A stretch of 62,754 nt of DNA, filler included, from Sphacelaria rigidula (lineage: Eukaryota): assembly GCA_964200075.2 (NCBI GenBank). It is 4 parts of 4 records of this genome, joined end to end, with 100 filler letters (N's around TTAATTAATTAA, not from the genome) between each part and the next. Parts side by side here need not be neighbours in the genome. Positions count along the whole stretch, not along the records: positions 31,432 to 47,043 come from CAXNAA020001671.1; positions 47,144 to 62,754 come from CAXNAA020001672.1; 2 more parts are not named here. One strand, given 5' to 3'. The notes under the pieces were generated by a model. That model was not told the DNA's origin. It saw only the letters and a program-made list of their open reading frames with translations, and ran no database searches. Every line of letters begins with the position of its first letter. Positions within the stretch are counted from its first letter, which is position 1. Below are positions 38,195 to 51,032 of the stretch, one piece after another. Made by a program: the position numbers and the translations under genes.

Positions 38195-38510
38195 TGTTGG
38201 CGCGAGTTCAACTCCCTTCCTTCCTCGAAACGAGCCCGCGGTATCAAGCTATCAACCATTCTCTCCCACCGTACACGCCTTGCAATTTGGCATCGCGGAT
38301 TGAACCGCGACCAACATCACTTCCGCACCGCGTCGACTGTCGCCTAACAAACTCAGCCAAGCAGACTATTTTTGTCACTTACGTCCTCACCCTCTCAACG
38401 ATGGAAATCGATTAGTCTGAGAAAAGGAAAACTAGACGCCTGTGGTGAGAACCGAATCCGCGTTATCCCCGTCCTAATGGTGTCAGTCGCACAATTACAG
38501 GTCGCGCCAC
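38195..38510 (-). mobile_element. SINE family A, diverged copy
   Basis: Shares GTACACGCCTTGCA, CACTTCCGCACCGCGTC and ACGATGGAAATC with 6920-7219. Confidence 0.65.
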
Positions 38511-38569
38511 CAGTTCAGACTCGCTTTTTTCGCACGAGGCTCGCGGCCTATTGCCCCGCCCCCCCCCCC

Positions 38570-38790
38570 AAAGATGTGTAGAAGGTTTTTGTGTGATGTA
38601 TGGAAGAAACGTAATGAGCTATGGAAGAAACGTCATGAGCGCCGGGATGTTGAAGTTGTCTCTATTAGGAGTAGGAATGGTGCTCGGTCTCGAGAGGGAT
38701 GCGTGGTCAATGGTCACACGACTAAGGCAAGCAACAAATGAGTACGCCCCCGCCCACCCCAAACCAAACAAATGAGTACGCCCCCGCCCA
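38570..38790 (+). mobile_element. LINE family C, short 3' fragment
   Basis: Matches 40215-40372 and the reverse complement of 14700-14850. It has small internal duplications. Confidence 0.75.
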
Positions 38791-39674
38791 CCCCAAACCG
38801 AGTGCCTATTCTTACTTCCCATGCTCTTTTTTCGACCAAGCATCTCCCGCTGAATTTGCTGGATGCTTGTTCCGATTTCTGCACTATTGCCCTATTTCGA
38901 GGATTTTCATATTACAGTGTACTGAGGTAATACAGTGTCGATGGTGCTTTTTTGTATCGTTCACTTGTTGCAGCACCGATAATCCCTACAGTGCATGCAG
39001 AACACCCAATATGAAACAGAGATCTAGACTTGACCTGGATTTAATATTTTCCACTATATATGATGAGTCTCTTTCTTCTTGAGCTCATTTTTTTTTTTCC
39101 GTCGGGGAAAAATCAGCTCGACGCCTATATCTCGAAGCCTCGGAGCCGAGCGAATCGAAAAAGTGGGCTAAGCTCCTCTCGGTAAGGTGATGCAATGTCT
39201 CCCAAGACGTGTGATGGCGATATGATGCTGTTTACACCTCTTGAAACCCATTGACGATTTTTGTGATCGTGAATCGGCATCATTTTGACTCGAAAATGAC
39301 TGAATATGATGCCGATTCACAAGAACAAAACCGGCAATGGGTTCCAGAACAATCAAGGGCCGGCGGCTGGGTCACACGTCTCAAAATTGAAAAGTACCTG
39401 CCCAATAGAAACCAACCGTACGCGGTCAGAGGATGAACTTGACGAGTTAGTAGCTTGGTTTGGTGGCTTTTTTCTTCACGACAAAATGCAACGCACTGTA
39501 GTATGTCGTTCAGTTATGATGCATTATAGTGCATGACGGCATCTACGTTGGGGAATAAAACAGGGGATCCTGAAAAGCGAGAATGGGATTGTTTAGTGGG
39601 AATGATGTTCTTTCAGGCGGGGGCTCGGAATCAGGCGAAAAGGTTACGCCCCCCCCGCCCCCCGCCCCCCTCCT

Positions 39675-40372
39675 ACCGGATGAAGAAGTTGAGAAAGTAT
39701 GGAAGGAGATAGGAGGAAACCAAGACGAAATACTGTCCATAGGTGAAGGCGCGGGGTACAAGACACAAGTAAGAGACAAAATGAGAATGAAGGAAGAAGG
39801 AGTGCTCAGCGGCAAAGTGGACGAGGGAGAACACCTGAAGATATACGGGGGATGGAGAGAGGAGATAGGGATGAAAACATATCTGCACGGCCAAGTGAAC
39901 GCGGCGAAAAATCTGAAACTGCGATTTCGGGTGGGGGACCTGGACCTGCCACAAAGAAGAAAGGTATTTATCAGTCGTCGAGAGGAGGAGCAAGTAGATG
40001 CACAGAACTGCCCCCGTGGCAAAACGATAGAGAGCAGAACACATATAGTTGCAGAATGTGAAGTATACAAGGAGGAACGGAACGTGCCAGGGCGCGAAAT
40101 GCAGGACGTGAACGAAGGTGGCATGGAATCATTTGATGCATTAGACAGTAGCGAGAAAACGATGGTTTTACCAGGAGGTAGGTGGTGGCCACAGACGGCG
40201 AAACAGGACGGGGATAAGAGATGTGAAATGTTTTGTGTAGTGTATGGAAGGAACGCAATGAGCACCGAGATGTTGGAGGTGTCTGTATCAGGAGTAGGGA
40301 CGGTGCTCCGTCTCGAAAGGGATGCGTGGTCAATGGTCGAACGACTGAGGCAAGTAAAAAGTAAGTACGCTC
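39675..40372 (+). mobile_element. non-LTR retrotransposon (LINE) 3' fragment, family C
   Basis: The 306-aa ORF includes EHLKIYGGWREEIGMKTYLHG..KLRFRVGDLDLP..CPRGK..ESRTHIVAEC. Homologous to 14700-15440. Confidence 0.8.
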
Positions 40373-41874
40373 ACCCAAACCCTGAACCGAGAACCCTCTT
40401 CCCCATTTATTTCGATCCGACGGTTCAGCGAAAACTGAAAAGTCGATGCGACCCCTCTTTTCTATTTGTTCAAATCCATGTCCCCAACCAAAGCATGAGT
40501 TAGGGTTAGGGTTTGGGTGAGAGATAGTTTTATAATGTGTCAACCATGAGTAGAATGTAGGCCAACCACGGTTAACCCACCTCCTTATTTCACCCCATAC
40601 GGGGAGATATATATATATATATATATATATATTGCTGGGATTATGAGAAGAACACGTGTGGCTGTTCTGTGCCGCCTGACCAGGATCACAGATTTAGTCG
40701 AGGTCAGCACTACCAGCGCAGAGTATAGTGCAATACGGTGCAGTGTGGTAACATGATTTCGTCTTCTCTCTCACTACTCGTCGCGTGGCTGACCCCCCTT
40801 CATCTGCGTGACCTCCCACTGCCAGCTTAACATGAAAAAGTGCCCTGCGTTGGTTGTTCCTAAGATCAAAGCTCGAAAGTCTGTTCTCGCCTGCTTCTCA
40901 TCCATATATGATGCACCACCGACAAATTATGTAGAGAAAGAGACTACCGCCTGGTATACTCGGCCGCATAGATAACCCAGGGTGGAGAGCATGGCGTGTA
41001 CCGGAACATACCACATCATGGCGATCGTATTTTTGCTCACTAGCAACACAAACTCATTTTGCTCACTAGCAACCCACGTAAGGGAGAGGATGATTTGTTT
41101 GGATAGAATATCTTAATGTACCATCGCCGGCTTCCCCCGGTGCGCTGTCAACGTGGTTGGGGTCATCGTGTTCATGGCAAACAGTTGCCGCGTTCCCCCC
41201 AGTGCACTAACAAGTTGGTCGAGGTCGACTTGAAATCGATGCGGTGCCATTCGCAACTAATGTATGGGCATTTTTCGCGCGCCGTTCCGGTGCTTGCTCA
41301 TCCTCTATGAAAAGCTCCATCCTCAATTGTTTCGATCGGCTGTTGGCAGAATAACGCGCCTACCTTCGTCGGTTGGCCCTGAGATATACGTACAGTGGTA
41401 GTTCAAACCAACTTCAGCTGTGAATGCACAGATTACGGGCAGCACACCCCGTGGATGTACGAATGTTTCCGCGATAGCACCCCCCCCCTTAACCAGCCCC
41501 AAAACTGTCACGGCGAAATGGCCATACAGCGCACAATAGCTGCGGTCTAAGACTGTATGACGCGCCCTATGTGGGCGACATTGGCGAAAGCGATCTCAAG
41601 CTTGGGAGTTCCTTGCTTCTCCGTGCGCTCGGCTTCTGTTATTTTGATTAGCATGTCGATACCACTTCCTCAAACCGGCCACTTTTCGTAGGGGGCTTAT
41701 CGCGGCATCACTCGTGCCTCTTCCGGTTGGAGCTACCTACTCCTCTCGGCCTAGTCACTTGTCACGGAAGGAAGTGCGAGCTCTGGTAGATTACGTCAGG
41801 CCACCTTGCCCGCTGCCGCAGGAGAAATAAATACGTCATATTGCATCAGTGTGTATGTGTGTATACATCTTTAT

Positions 41875-42099
41875 GGTTGTGTTCTGTGGGGGTATATACC
41901 GGGCAGTGGGGGATTTTTGGTTGGCATGCTAATCCATTCGGGAATGTGTATCGAACACACCACTATAGTTCGGCAGGGTATCGAACCCTGTTCCGAACAC
42001 TCCGGTGTGGTTCGGAAGGGTATTTGCCGATAAAATAGCTCCTTTTACACTTTTCTGAATGCCCGCATTTTCAGCCGGTGTGCCCTACAGAACACAACC
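41875..42099. mobile_element. MITE
   Basis: TIRs are GGTTGTGTTCTGTGGGG / CCCTACAGAACACAACC. Confidence 0.65.
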
Positions 42100-42133
42100 T
42101 CGGACATCTTCATTCAACATGGGCAACACTCAC

Positions 42134-42306
42134 ACTCCGATTTCCACGACGAGTACCGCCGGCGTCCCCGAGGGATCGTGCGCATCGAGAAACCCCAAGG
42201 GCCGTAAGACGTAAGGGAGATGTAGCCAGGCGTAGGCATGGAGCTCCGCCTCAGCATGAAGCATCTGAAGTGGGTCATGGGCCGCTTGGTTCGCCTTCAA
42301 GGCCAC
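42134..42306 (-). CDS. kinase exon, subdomains II-V
   Basis: cttcag acceptor and gtgag donor. Encodes VALKANQAAHDPLQMLHAEAELHAYAWLHLPYVLRPLGF..VLVVEIG. Confidence 0.7.
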
Positions 42307-44194
42307 CTGAAGACGCGCCGTAAGAGTAACGCAAAGTGTTGTGTAACGTTTTATGTACAGGAGAAAAACAACGTTTTTCGTGACACGTGTTGAATAGAGC
42401 GTGGTTGACGTCGACTCCAGATTGGATGTATCCTTGGCAACGAACGCTGCACTGCGTGCTTGCCAATGAGCGCGAATCCAGAGGCATGCTCTTCCAGCAT
42501 TCATGACGGTGTACGGGTGCGGGTCTTGCGCGAGGAAGAGTAGAAGGGTCGTGTTAAATGGGGTTGGGATGACCTACTGCATCCACGAACGGAGGCACCC
42601 GAGATCAGCGAGCAGACCACTCAGTCAGATGTTCATGTGACACCTGCAACAAAGTCAATCCCGGTGTTCGAATCTCTCCACGATATTTCCTTGCAGATAT
42701 ATTCATGATCAAGGAATAGAGGAGCGTACACCGCGGTGACCTAGTGAAAACGCGATTGGCCAAAATAAGCACAACAGACCCTCCATACTAGTAGCGCTGC
42801 TTACAGGGACGGCAACCCTGTGGCGATATGGGAGTCCGATTTGTAGGCGTAACAGCTTGGATGCCTTAGACTATTGCCGACCTGAGTCCTGGTGCATATG
42901 TACTTAAATCAATTCGGGTACACTTCAGTGCATGTTGACGGTATACTGGATTTGGGGGGCGGAGAGAATTTTTTCTCATGACTGGATGTACGGCATACAA
43001 GGCGATGCACTCCACACACCGCCCGCATCGCTCCACTCGATGTTTTGTACCTGCATTTCTACATATTTGGGGTATGGAGGCAGCTCGTGGAGCTTGCACG
43101 CTCTTGATGTTGGGTGAGCCAAGGGTATAAGAAGTTATTACGAGAAGAGTTACTACACATTCCCCTCTGTCCAGAGCACCTCCTTTGAGAGGCTTTCATT
43201 AGGATGGACACCGGGATTGAGCCTCGTAGAGATGTCATGATTCGTTTCCTGCGTTGAATCTTGGGAATTCCAATTGTCAGGGGTCACATAGATGCAAAGA
43301 TTGCACGGACGGGTACAAGTATGGGCTATTGAACTGTATATATCTGGGGCCGGTTCTTTCTAGCGCCGCCCTTACACGTACACGTGGCACGGCTACTACT
43401 GCGGTGCATCCAACAATTCCGCAAGCCCACGGGAATACTTTTTTACTACGTGAAAGCTTTCGTGAGGACGGAATGCGAGAGCACCGAAATGATCATCGAG
43501 AGATGGAGGCTTTTGTTCGCTTGACAAATCGCATCCCTCGACAGCAGCTAATGGGAATACAGACAGAGTCCTGAATGGGAAGGGGGGAGCCACGAAGGGG
43601 AGCAAGAAGGCCTAGCGGGCATGTCTAACCGACTACTGGGAAAAATTGGAATTGAATCCAAGAACTTGGAAACGGACTGAACAAATAACGTTCAATGACA
43701 CGACCAGGTCAACGACGGAGCGACATGATTCATGGCGATATAGGTGGCTGGTAAGAAAGCCACCAAGGAGAAAGACACAATAAAGAGGAGAGGAAGACGA
43801 ACGAAGAAACCATTTTGGTGAAATGGACGTACCCCAAATGCCCCCGATTGCTTCGAATGCGCGCTACCATACACGCGCTGGTGATGTTCGTTCTTATCTG
43901 TTGCTTTCATACTCTTCTTCGGCAATTGAAGAAAACGATGAAATATGACTGAAACAGTCGTTCACTTCATTATTCTCCTTGAAATGACCGCGCTTTTTGT
44001 CTATCTCCTCCTCTTTCCCCTCTTCTCTCTCTGGCTGCATCTGCTTCTGCCAATAACTATGTATATGCACCAGTAGATACAAGTGCATACACCTCACTTT
44101 TTGTCCTTGTTTTGCTGGCGTGCCGTTGCTCGGTTTTGTCTCACCCAAGCCCTTATACTGGCGATGTAGCTCTTATAGCGTGGGGGGGCAGATG

Positions 44195-45340
44195 TTTGAT
44201 TTTGATTTGATTTGATTATCGCACTTAAACTGAATACTTATGGGTCTGGCCGTGGTCGCATGATAGATGTACCCGAGAAAAGCGAAACTGAAACACTCGT
44301 TCAAGACCACGAAGGAGCAGAAAAAAGTCGAACATAACGACCTAGTAGACTAAGTCATAAAAAAACGAAAATGAACAAAAACAAAGCACAGAAAGAGATG
44401 ACCGACTTAAAAGAAAAAAAAAAAGACAGAAAAAATATATATGGAATAAAATAATTAATAAAAAAGAAAAAGCCCAATGGATTCAGGGCAGGAGAGTAGA
44501 TACAGACACACACCAGTGGGCACCGCAGAGCCACCAACTAAGGACATAATCAACAACCGATATGAGCAGACAGGATACTTCGATTGGCAGTCCTCGACGC
44601 AGCAGCCTCTCGCTTGTGACGGCGGTCTGGTTTTCGTTTGTCCGCGCGTCGCCACGTGTCCTCAAACTCATCCACTCCGTTTTCGACTCCAATATGCCAT
44701 TTGCCCATGTTCTTCGCCGCAGTGATCCAGTCGTATGCATCGTTAGCTTCTACACCGTTTGCGAACCGCTTCCGTCGGACTCCTTTATGCGGGACAACCC
44801 CTAGCGCACGTAGGTTCTCCTTTAGGGTATCCTCCCATTGCTTGGGGGGGCGGCCGACCTCCTCGGATCCTCGTGTAGAAATCTGACCGTTCATGACGTC
44901 GCTTGGGAAGGCGTGTGTCCTTCTGCCGACGGGCAAGGGCTCCTGCGAACCGGAGTTGGCGTTTGCGGATAGTCATCTCGATACGTTCGCAGTTGGTCAT
45001 TTCGAGCACCGCTCTGTACGAAAGAGTCTTGTAGCCATTCCGATCTTTCCTGCGGAATCCAACCACTCGCAGCAAGAGCTTGTGATGGGCAGTCCGCAGA
45101 CTGTCGAAGTCCTCAGAACGTAGCGTCCATGTGGCACATCCATACAACAGAGCTTCTACCACCTCCGCTTTAAGCAGTCGAACTTTCAAGGATAGCTCGG
45201 CGTTGGGTCGGTCGTAAAGTTGGGAGCTGAATTTCGGATACGCGCCCACGCCGCGCTGATACGGCGGTTGATTTCGATAGACATTTTCGCATCTGCAGCT
45301 CTCGCCATTGCAGTGACGCACCTGCCTCATCAGGGGGGTG
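44195..45340 (-). mobile_element. RTE-clade-like LINE 3' fragment with 3' UTR and (AAATC)n tail
   Basis: Encodes LKVRLLKAEVVEALLYGCATWTL..IRKRQLRFAG..RLPK..GRPPKQWED, a typical post-RT region of RTE elements, with frameshifts. The UTR is shared with 47850-48155 and 52345-52540. Confidence 0.8.
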
Positions 45341-45409
45341 ATTCTTTCTATTCGTGGTTAGCCAGAAATCTCCCTTCTGTCGATCTCGGGTCTGGAAAAA
45401 GATCGAATT

Positions 45410-45755
45410 TGTGTTGTGTGTGTTGTCGTCCCATCTACGCTGGACGCCCGTGTACACCTTTCGGTATATGTGGGCGCATCAGCCGGTGTCGCACAGGAGG
45501 GAGGTCAACAAATAAGTTCTTTTTTAGTACTCCGCCTTCCTTCTGCGGTGCTTGCCTTATAATTTTTATTGTGAGAGGGGTTCAGCGGTCCCTTTCTCTC
45601 GTCGACCGTTGAGTCGAATTTTGTGTACCCACGACATAGTCGCTCTCCATTGTTCGGCATGGTGTGAGAAAAAATCCCAGATCGCCCCGAGATTTGAACC
45701 CACGACCCAACCGTCAGCAGGTTTCGAGGTTACCAGCTGAGCCACCGGCGCGACC
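45410..45755 (-). mobile_element. SINE family B, full length
   Basis: The head GGTCGCGCCGGTGGCTCAGCTGG..GTGGGTTCAAATCTC has A and B boxes. (CA)-rich tail. Confidence 0.8.
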
Positions 45756-46755
45756 GGTTTGCGGATACGGTGGTGAAAAGGCCTCAAGTCATCTTCGCCC
45801 TCATTGTTTCCGATATGGTTTTTACGACTCGAGCCCGCACGATTCGCGGCTCGTCGGACGTGTGCTTGCTCTAGTGCTTTCCGACGTGGCCCATATCGTC
45901 CCCTGCTGCATCAATTCATCCCTCGAATTGAGAGAATGGAGGACCTGGGCTGCCAATTGCTACCTCCCTCACTTCGGTCAATTGCCGTGCCATTTGCTTC
46001 TCACCTTCGGAAACAGCGAGCGACCTCGCGAAAGCTCGCCTCATACGTTTCACCGGCTGTAGCGTTCCCTGGAGGACACTGGTGTTTCTGGCGTCCGAGC
46101 AATCGGTTCTTGTTCTTGTCTTTTACTTCTACGGCCCCGTCTTGCTTGAGTTTTTTTCTGGTGTCGCCAATGTGAGGAAGGCTTATCGCTGGAATAGACA
46201 GAGACCTACGATGTCGTCCTGATGCCGAAGGAACTCCGAGGCTGGCGATGATTTTCTCTTGTGATATTTAGGCAAGAAGTGGGCCAGACGTGAAGTAATC
46301 ACCGTGGGGTGATCCGTTACCTCGGGGATGCAGGATCGTCCTGAGATCCGGCTCTTCCTGGCATCGCCCTGAGTTGTATCGTGCCGTTGGCATTACGGGG
46401 TCTCGGTAGTCTGGTCCTTTTTGCCCGTTTCTACCTCGTACCTGCATGTGCTGGTTCTTCATACATATGTGGCATCAATCTCTGAATTGTTACTGCAAAA
46501 AGGTGTCTTTCACATATATATCTTCCCATTTTCATTTATTTCTATCCATTTCTATTTCCGCTCGTAATTTATGAAAATCGATTTAATGGATGCAAATGGA
46601 TGAAACATAAAGTTCGTTTTAGCCGGCACCTACATGCTACCACTGTCCGGTATTCTATTTCAATTCTTAGCACATGAAGTATTACGTATGGTATGGCGTG
46701 TGGTTTTTGTGTCGGCCATTTTGCAATTCTGTGTTGTTCACGGTTGTGAGGCTAA

Positions 46756-47043
46756 GGCCGGATGTTATGGCAAACAGGTTTTTGGCCCACGGATTGTTCA
46801 CTTATGGGACGTTTGACCCACGCTTTGAGCCCCGAGCCAAAAATATCGCCAACACACGTCTCGGACACTTTGCATCACCCCACAGAGAGGAGCCTAGTCT
46901 GCTTTTCAGATTCGCTTGGCTCCAAGGTTTCGAGATTGACCGCTGAACAAAAAAGTGTGCGCAAAAATCTGTGCTTGCCAAACTGGCGGGGGTCGGCAAG
47001 CACAGATTATTGCGCACAATTTTTTGTTCAGCGACCAATCTCG
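46756..47043. mobile_element. second copy of the GGCCGGATGTTATGG MITE, cut by the contig end
   Basis: Close match to 16890-17120. Confidence 0.75.
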
Positions 47044-47143
47044 NNNNNNNNNNNNNNNNNNNNNNNNNNNNNNNNNNNNNNNNNNNNTTAATTAATTAAN
47101 NNNNNNNNNNNNNNNNNNNNNNNNNNNNNNNNNNNNNNNNNNN
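47044..47143. other. artificial contig linker
   Basis: 44 N + TTAATTAATTAA + 44 N. Confidence 0.95.
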
Positions 47144-47849
47144 GGCGATGTGCGGGCGTCCTCTCGTTGGGTGTCGTGCGCCGCGGGGGCGGGGTCTGCT
47201 GCGGGGAGTTTCCTTGCTTTCCCCTGGGTCTTTGCAAGTTTCGCCCATGAACTTGTCGGACAGACAATCAGAAGCGGCTTCATTGGTGCGGTTAGGAAAG
47301 TTTTGGCTTCATTTTGTTCTCCAGTGTTCTGCTCCTCTTGCGCTTCTTCATGCTGCACGCTTGATTGTTCCAAACGTGATGACAGTGCTTGCGACACGGC
47401 AGGGCAAAGCTGGCATGGAGTCGCCGTTACCCTTTTTTGGAGCTTGTCATATCGCTGATATCTCGCAGCCAACATCTGCAGCGGCTTCGTGTCACAATAA
47501 AAGCGCGTGGATCTTTTGTCTCATTCGACACCTACCATGACGACGTGGCTTGCTTCAAACGCCCATCTCTTGCCACCATACCTGAGCGGTGTATCCGTTG
47601 GTCGAAGGAGAAGCTTTTGGATCCAAGACAGACACATGATCAGACCACATCATATGAATCGGTCAACTCCAAAGTACTCGCCCCCTCCGCTCGGCCAGTC
47701 AAGTACCCCAGATTTGTTTGAGACGTTCGTTCGGTACGCCCATCTCATAGCTGGGTCCCTCGCAGATCAGTTGATGTGTAAAAATCAATCAACCAATGAA
47801 TCAATAAAATCAAAGCAAATCAAAGCAATTCATGACTCGCACGTTTCAT

Positions 47850-48155
47850 TGTTTTTTGTTTTGTTTTATTTTATTTGCATTGTACTTTCCTCTTGTTTTC
47901 CTTCTTCTTGTTTTAGGTCGGCCATTTCTTTCTGTGCTTTGCTTGTGTTGACTTTTTATTACTTTTTTTGTCACGACTTAGTCTGATGTGTCGTTCTGTT
48001 CGACCACTCTCTTTTTTTCTTCTTCTGTTCCTCTTTTTTTTCTTTTCCTTAGAGCGTGTTCGAGTTTCGTTTTTCTTGGGTACGTCTATCATGAGATCAC
48101 GGCTGGACCCCGGGGGGATCAGTTAAAGTGCGACAATCAAAAAAATAAAATAAAA
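47850..48155 (+). mobile_element. RTE-like LINE 3' UTR fragment
   Basis: Reverse-complement match to 44200-44430 (TTCTTGGGTACGTCTATCATG..CAGTTAAAGTGCGA). A-rich tail. Confidence 0.65.
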
Positions 48156-48875
48156 CGTGAGCAATCGCAGCGATGATTTTCTGGTGTAACTGGTTCGCCT
48201 CAAAAACTGGTTAAGCGGGAGTGCCGCAGTGGTCCCCCACTGCAGGATCCGATTCCCAGCAGATACAACTCTACACGTATTATTTCTCGGGGGTGTCTGA
48301 TGTACGTAGCAGTCTCAGGGTTGGCTGCGTCAACGTGCCTTGGAAAAACATACCCGGCAAAAGCGCCAAGAAAAAAGCTGAACTTCGAGGCCCAACAAAA
48401 CCGACGAACAAATTTGGAACAATAACTTTTCAATCCTTGAACCCTCGCCACTTGAATTTCGGATCTCACGAGCTCCCACTAAATCGCCCAAAAGCTGGAG
48501 ATATGGCGAGTCAACTCCACAGTAAGGTGCTCTACTTGTTGAACGGAGGAGGTATCGAACCATATACCGGCAGAACCGTCCCTAGGTTTCCCTTCCAAAT
48601 CCTCATTTTTACCACTTCATTGAAAGCGCAAACCAAGGCCTGCCGTGCCCCAAGAAAACGCATCCGCTAGGTGTGATCTGCGTAGCACCCCGAGACATTT
48701 GATGAAAGCATTCGAAAGCGTTTCCCCCCCTTTACTCCCCCCCCCCCAAAAAAAAATCCATGGTCAAACGACTAAGGCAAGCAACAAGTGAATACGCGCC
48801 CCCCCCAAGAAACACACACCCGCACACACACACACACACACACATGTCGCCGTTGTCAGGCACCTCCCTCCTCAC

Positions 48876-49101
48876 CTAGTGGGACTCCAGGGCTTCTGCT
48901 TGTCTACTTCTTCGGTCAGTCCCCCAAGCCCCGGCCCGTACGACTTAAGCCTCAACAGCTTCATGATCGAAACGACCGCTATCGCGCCCGTGACGGGAAC
49001 CAACGCACCCATGAGCGTAGAGTAATTCGCAGGGAATCGCCCGACGAGATCTCCATACGTCACCCCTTTGACCGCGCCTATCAGCAGCTTGAAGATGGTC
49101 A
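48876..49101 (-). CDS. CLC: CLC-family chloride channel/transporter, exon 2
   Basis: catag acceptor and AG|gtgagg donor. Encodes VTIFKLLIGAVK..ALVPVTGAIAVVSIM..GPGLGGL. Phase 1 joins exon 1. The downstream GPEGP exon was not found in this contig. Confidence 0.7.
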
Positions 49102-49507
49102 CTATGAGGTGCAGATTGGGCACGGTGAGTTTGTCAAAAAAGAGGGGAAACATTAGGGGAACGGAGGGTCAGAGAAGGCGGGGGTGTCGGTAAACTGAGG
49201 ACACTTTGATTTTTTCTCGGATTAAAGCAGCTTGACGCTGGTGTTGAGGTAAAGTGTGTGACATGTGCGACACATGTTTCAATGCCTCAACCCCTTGACC
49301 ACGGAGCACCTCATTTAATACACGTATTCACGCCCATGCACTACAGTATCATCTTGTGTAATAACTTCAGTGTATGTAACAACGCTAGAGCCTAAAATTA
49401 AATGATGGAGGACTTTTGTCTTGTAAGGAACAGCAGGGACGGTATTGGAAAGGCGAGCCTACGTCTGTGACCACGGGTTCGAGGGATCGGACTAATGTGC
49501 GGAAACA

Positions 49508-49524
49508 CTACTACTACTACTACA

Positions 49525-49558
<34 letters not shown>
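49508..49558. repeat. (ACT)n microsatellite
   Basis: Read directly from the sequence. Confidence 0.95.
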
Positions 49559-51032
49559 ATTGCTGCTCCAACAACCATCTTAATTACTTTGTAGTCATCG
49601 GGTTAATCAAGCAAAAAGCGGAAAATAAGCTTAATTATTCCCCCGCGAGGGTGCTGGGGGAGTCATGGTCATCTCTCACTTGCTGCCGTACAACTACCGC
49701 ACACGCTGGTGGAGGACGCCAAATCTGTACAGATGAAACGGCACTCTCTGGATTTTTCGCGCACACCCCATCGGAAAACAGTCAGTATGCTGTGTTGCTG
49801 GTACAGTAACGTATATATCAATCAGGCTACGCGAAACGCTTGCGCGACACAGTTTAGTCTAGTGGACTCTTGTCAAGCCCACGCTGAAGGTAGTCGCTGG
49901 GAGTGTGCCGACCCAGCTGGTGATCAAGCCTAAGAAAGGCGTAGGATGGTTATTTTCCTCATAAATCCATCTACAGTCAACAACCCGCCTTGACTTCTGC
50001 TGCAGTTTATAGTCTTGCAGCAAACGTGCGTGAAATCTCAAAGCTAATATCTAACGCTGGAATGGATGAAGGAGAGGACCCCAGCATGGCGCACAATGGA
50101 GGTGGCAAAAGTGGGTTGTTCACTCAACCATTTGTTTTGCGCTGAAGCTACGTATAGCAGAATTCCACGCCTCGCTATAACAGGTGGTATCCTTCCAACG
50201 ATACCCACAATCCACCGAGCATTACGCCACGATTCGGAACAATATTGCCAACTGACAGTCGCGCGGAACAATTCAAGTAGTGATGGGGAGTGTTAACCGG
50301 GATATAGGGGTGAGGGGGAAATTGCACTCAAATCAAGATCCATAACCCGTCTGCCTTCGGCGTTACCACGGGAATCGAGCAAATAAAGAGTTTCACGTAC
50401 GTATTCATCACACTTGCCCGTCCGTGGTGCCGGGCGTCAGTGTAGGCGCGGGCTTGAACGGAACAGTATGGCTTCGTGCTTAGGTAGCGGTCAAGATAAC
50501 GAACGACAGCGGCTTCAAAGATGTGCAGGATAGATCGAACTGCCATAGCTCATGCCCCCTATCATGTCATTCTCCAGGCATTCGTGAGCAACGCGCTGCA
50601 ATGGACATTGCCTGTAAAGCGCATGTACGATGTGTGTCTGTACTGACCAATGTAGAATACCAAAGAACCGCAGGTCGATCCTGTGTGCGGGGGTGGCGTA
50701 CGTTTTGATGAAAACAATTTGGTGTACAGTGGCGAAGAAATAAGGGCACAAGAAAAGGACTAGGGAAGTTTTATCTCGAAAAAAACTGAGCCCAGAAAAG
50801 GGGTCGGCAGAGAAGGGTTCAAAATGTATCACGTCTCTAATCCTGAAGTCATTCCCTTGGTTCTTCGACGATTGCAGACTCAGAACAGGCAACTATGAAC
50901 TAATCAAGAACAAGAGAGATAATACAGCTGGCGGTATCCTGCGGCATAAAAAGTGTGAACAGTACACTTTAGATTCTACAGCCATGAATCACACCCAGAA
51001 CCGTGACGATCACGATACAGTACCACCTATAA

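Larger units (their letters stand above)
33352..43950 (-). pseudogene. multi-exon divergent protein kinase gene, probably pseudogenised
   Basis: Kinase subdomains appear in order: SGAFG (~43832), VALK..E (42306-42134), 37613-37526, HKDLKMDN..DFG (35981-35832), GVYTWHQTSPR (35629-35544), RDSVFGVSCT (from 35379), 35061-34896 and a final ..NLPWF exon. The core exons are phase-compatible. The last exon has an apparent stop and frameshift. Confidence 0.7.

Noticed and set aside
45685..45755. Functional tRNA genes at the SINE heads (also 7150-7219 and 51330-51396)
   Set aside because: A and B boxes are present, but I could not form a proper cloverleaf and each head is fused to a repeated SINE body.
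47144..47475. Minus-strand ORF as CLC exon 3
   Set aside because: It is hydrophilic and lacks the expected LGxGxSLGPEGP segment.
50328..50546. Gypsy integrase remnant (FICSIP..DGLWILI)
   Set aside because: The resemblance is too weak, and no LTRs or other pol motifs are nearby.
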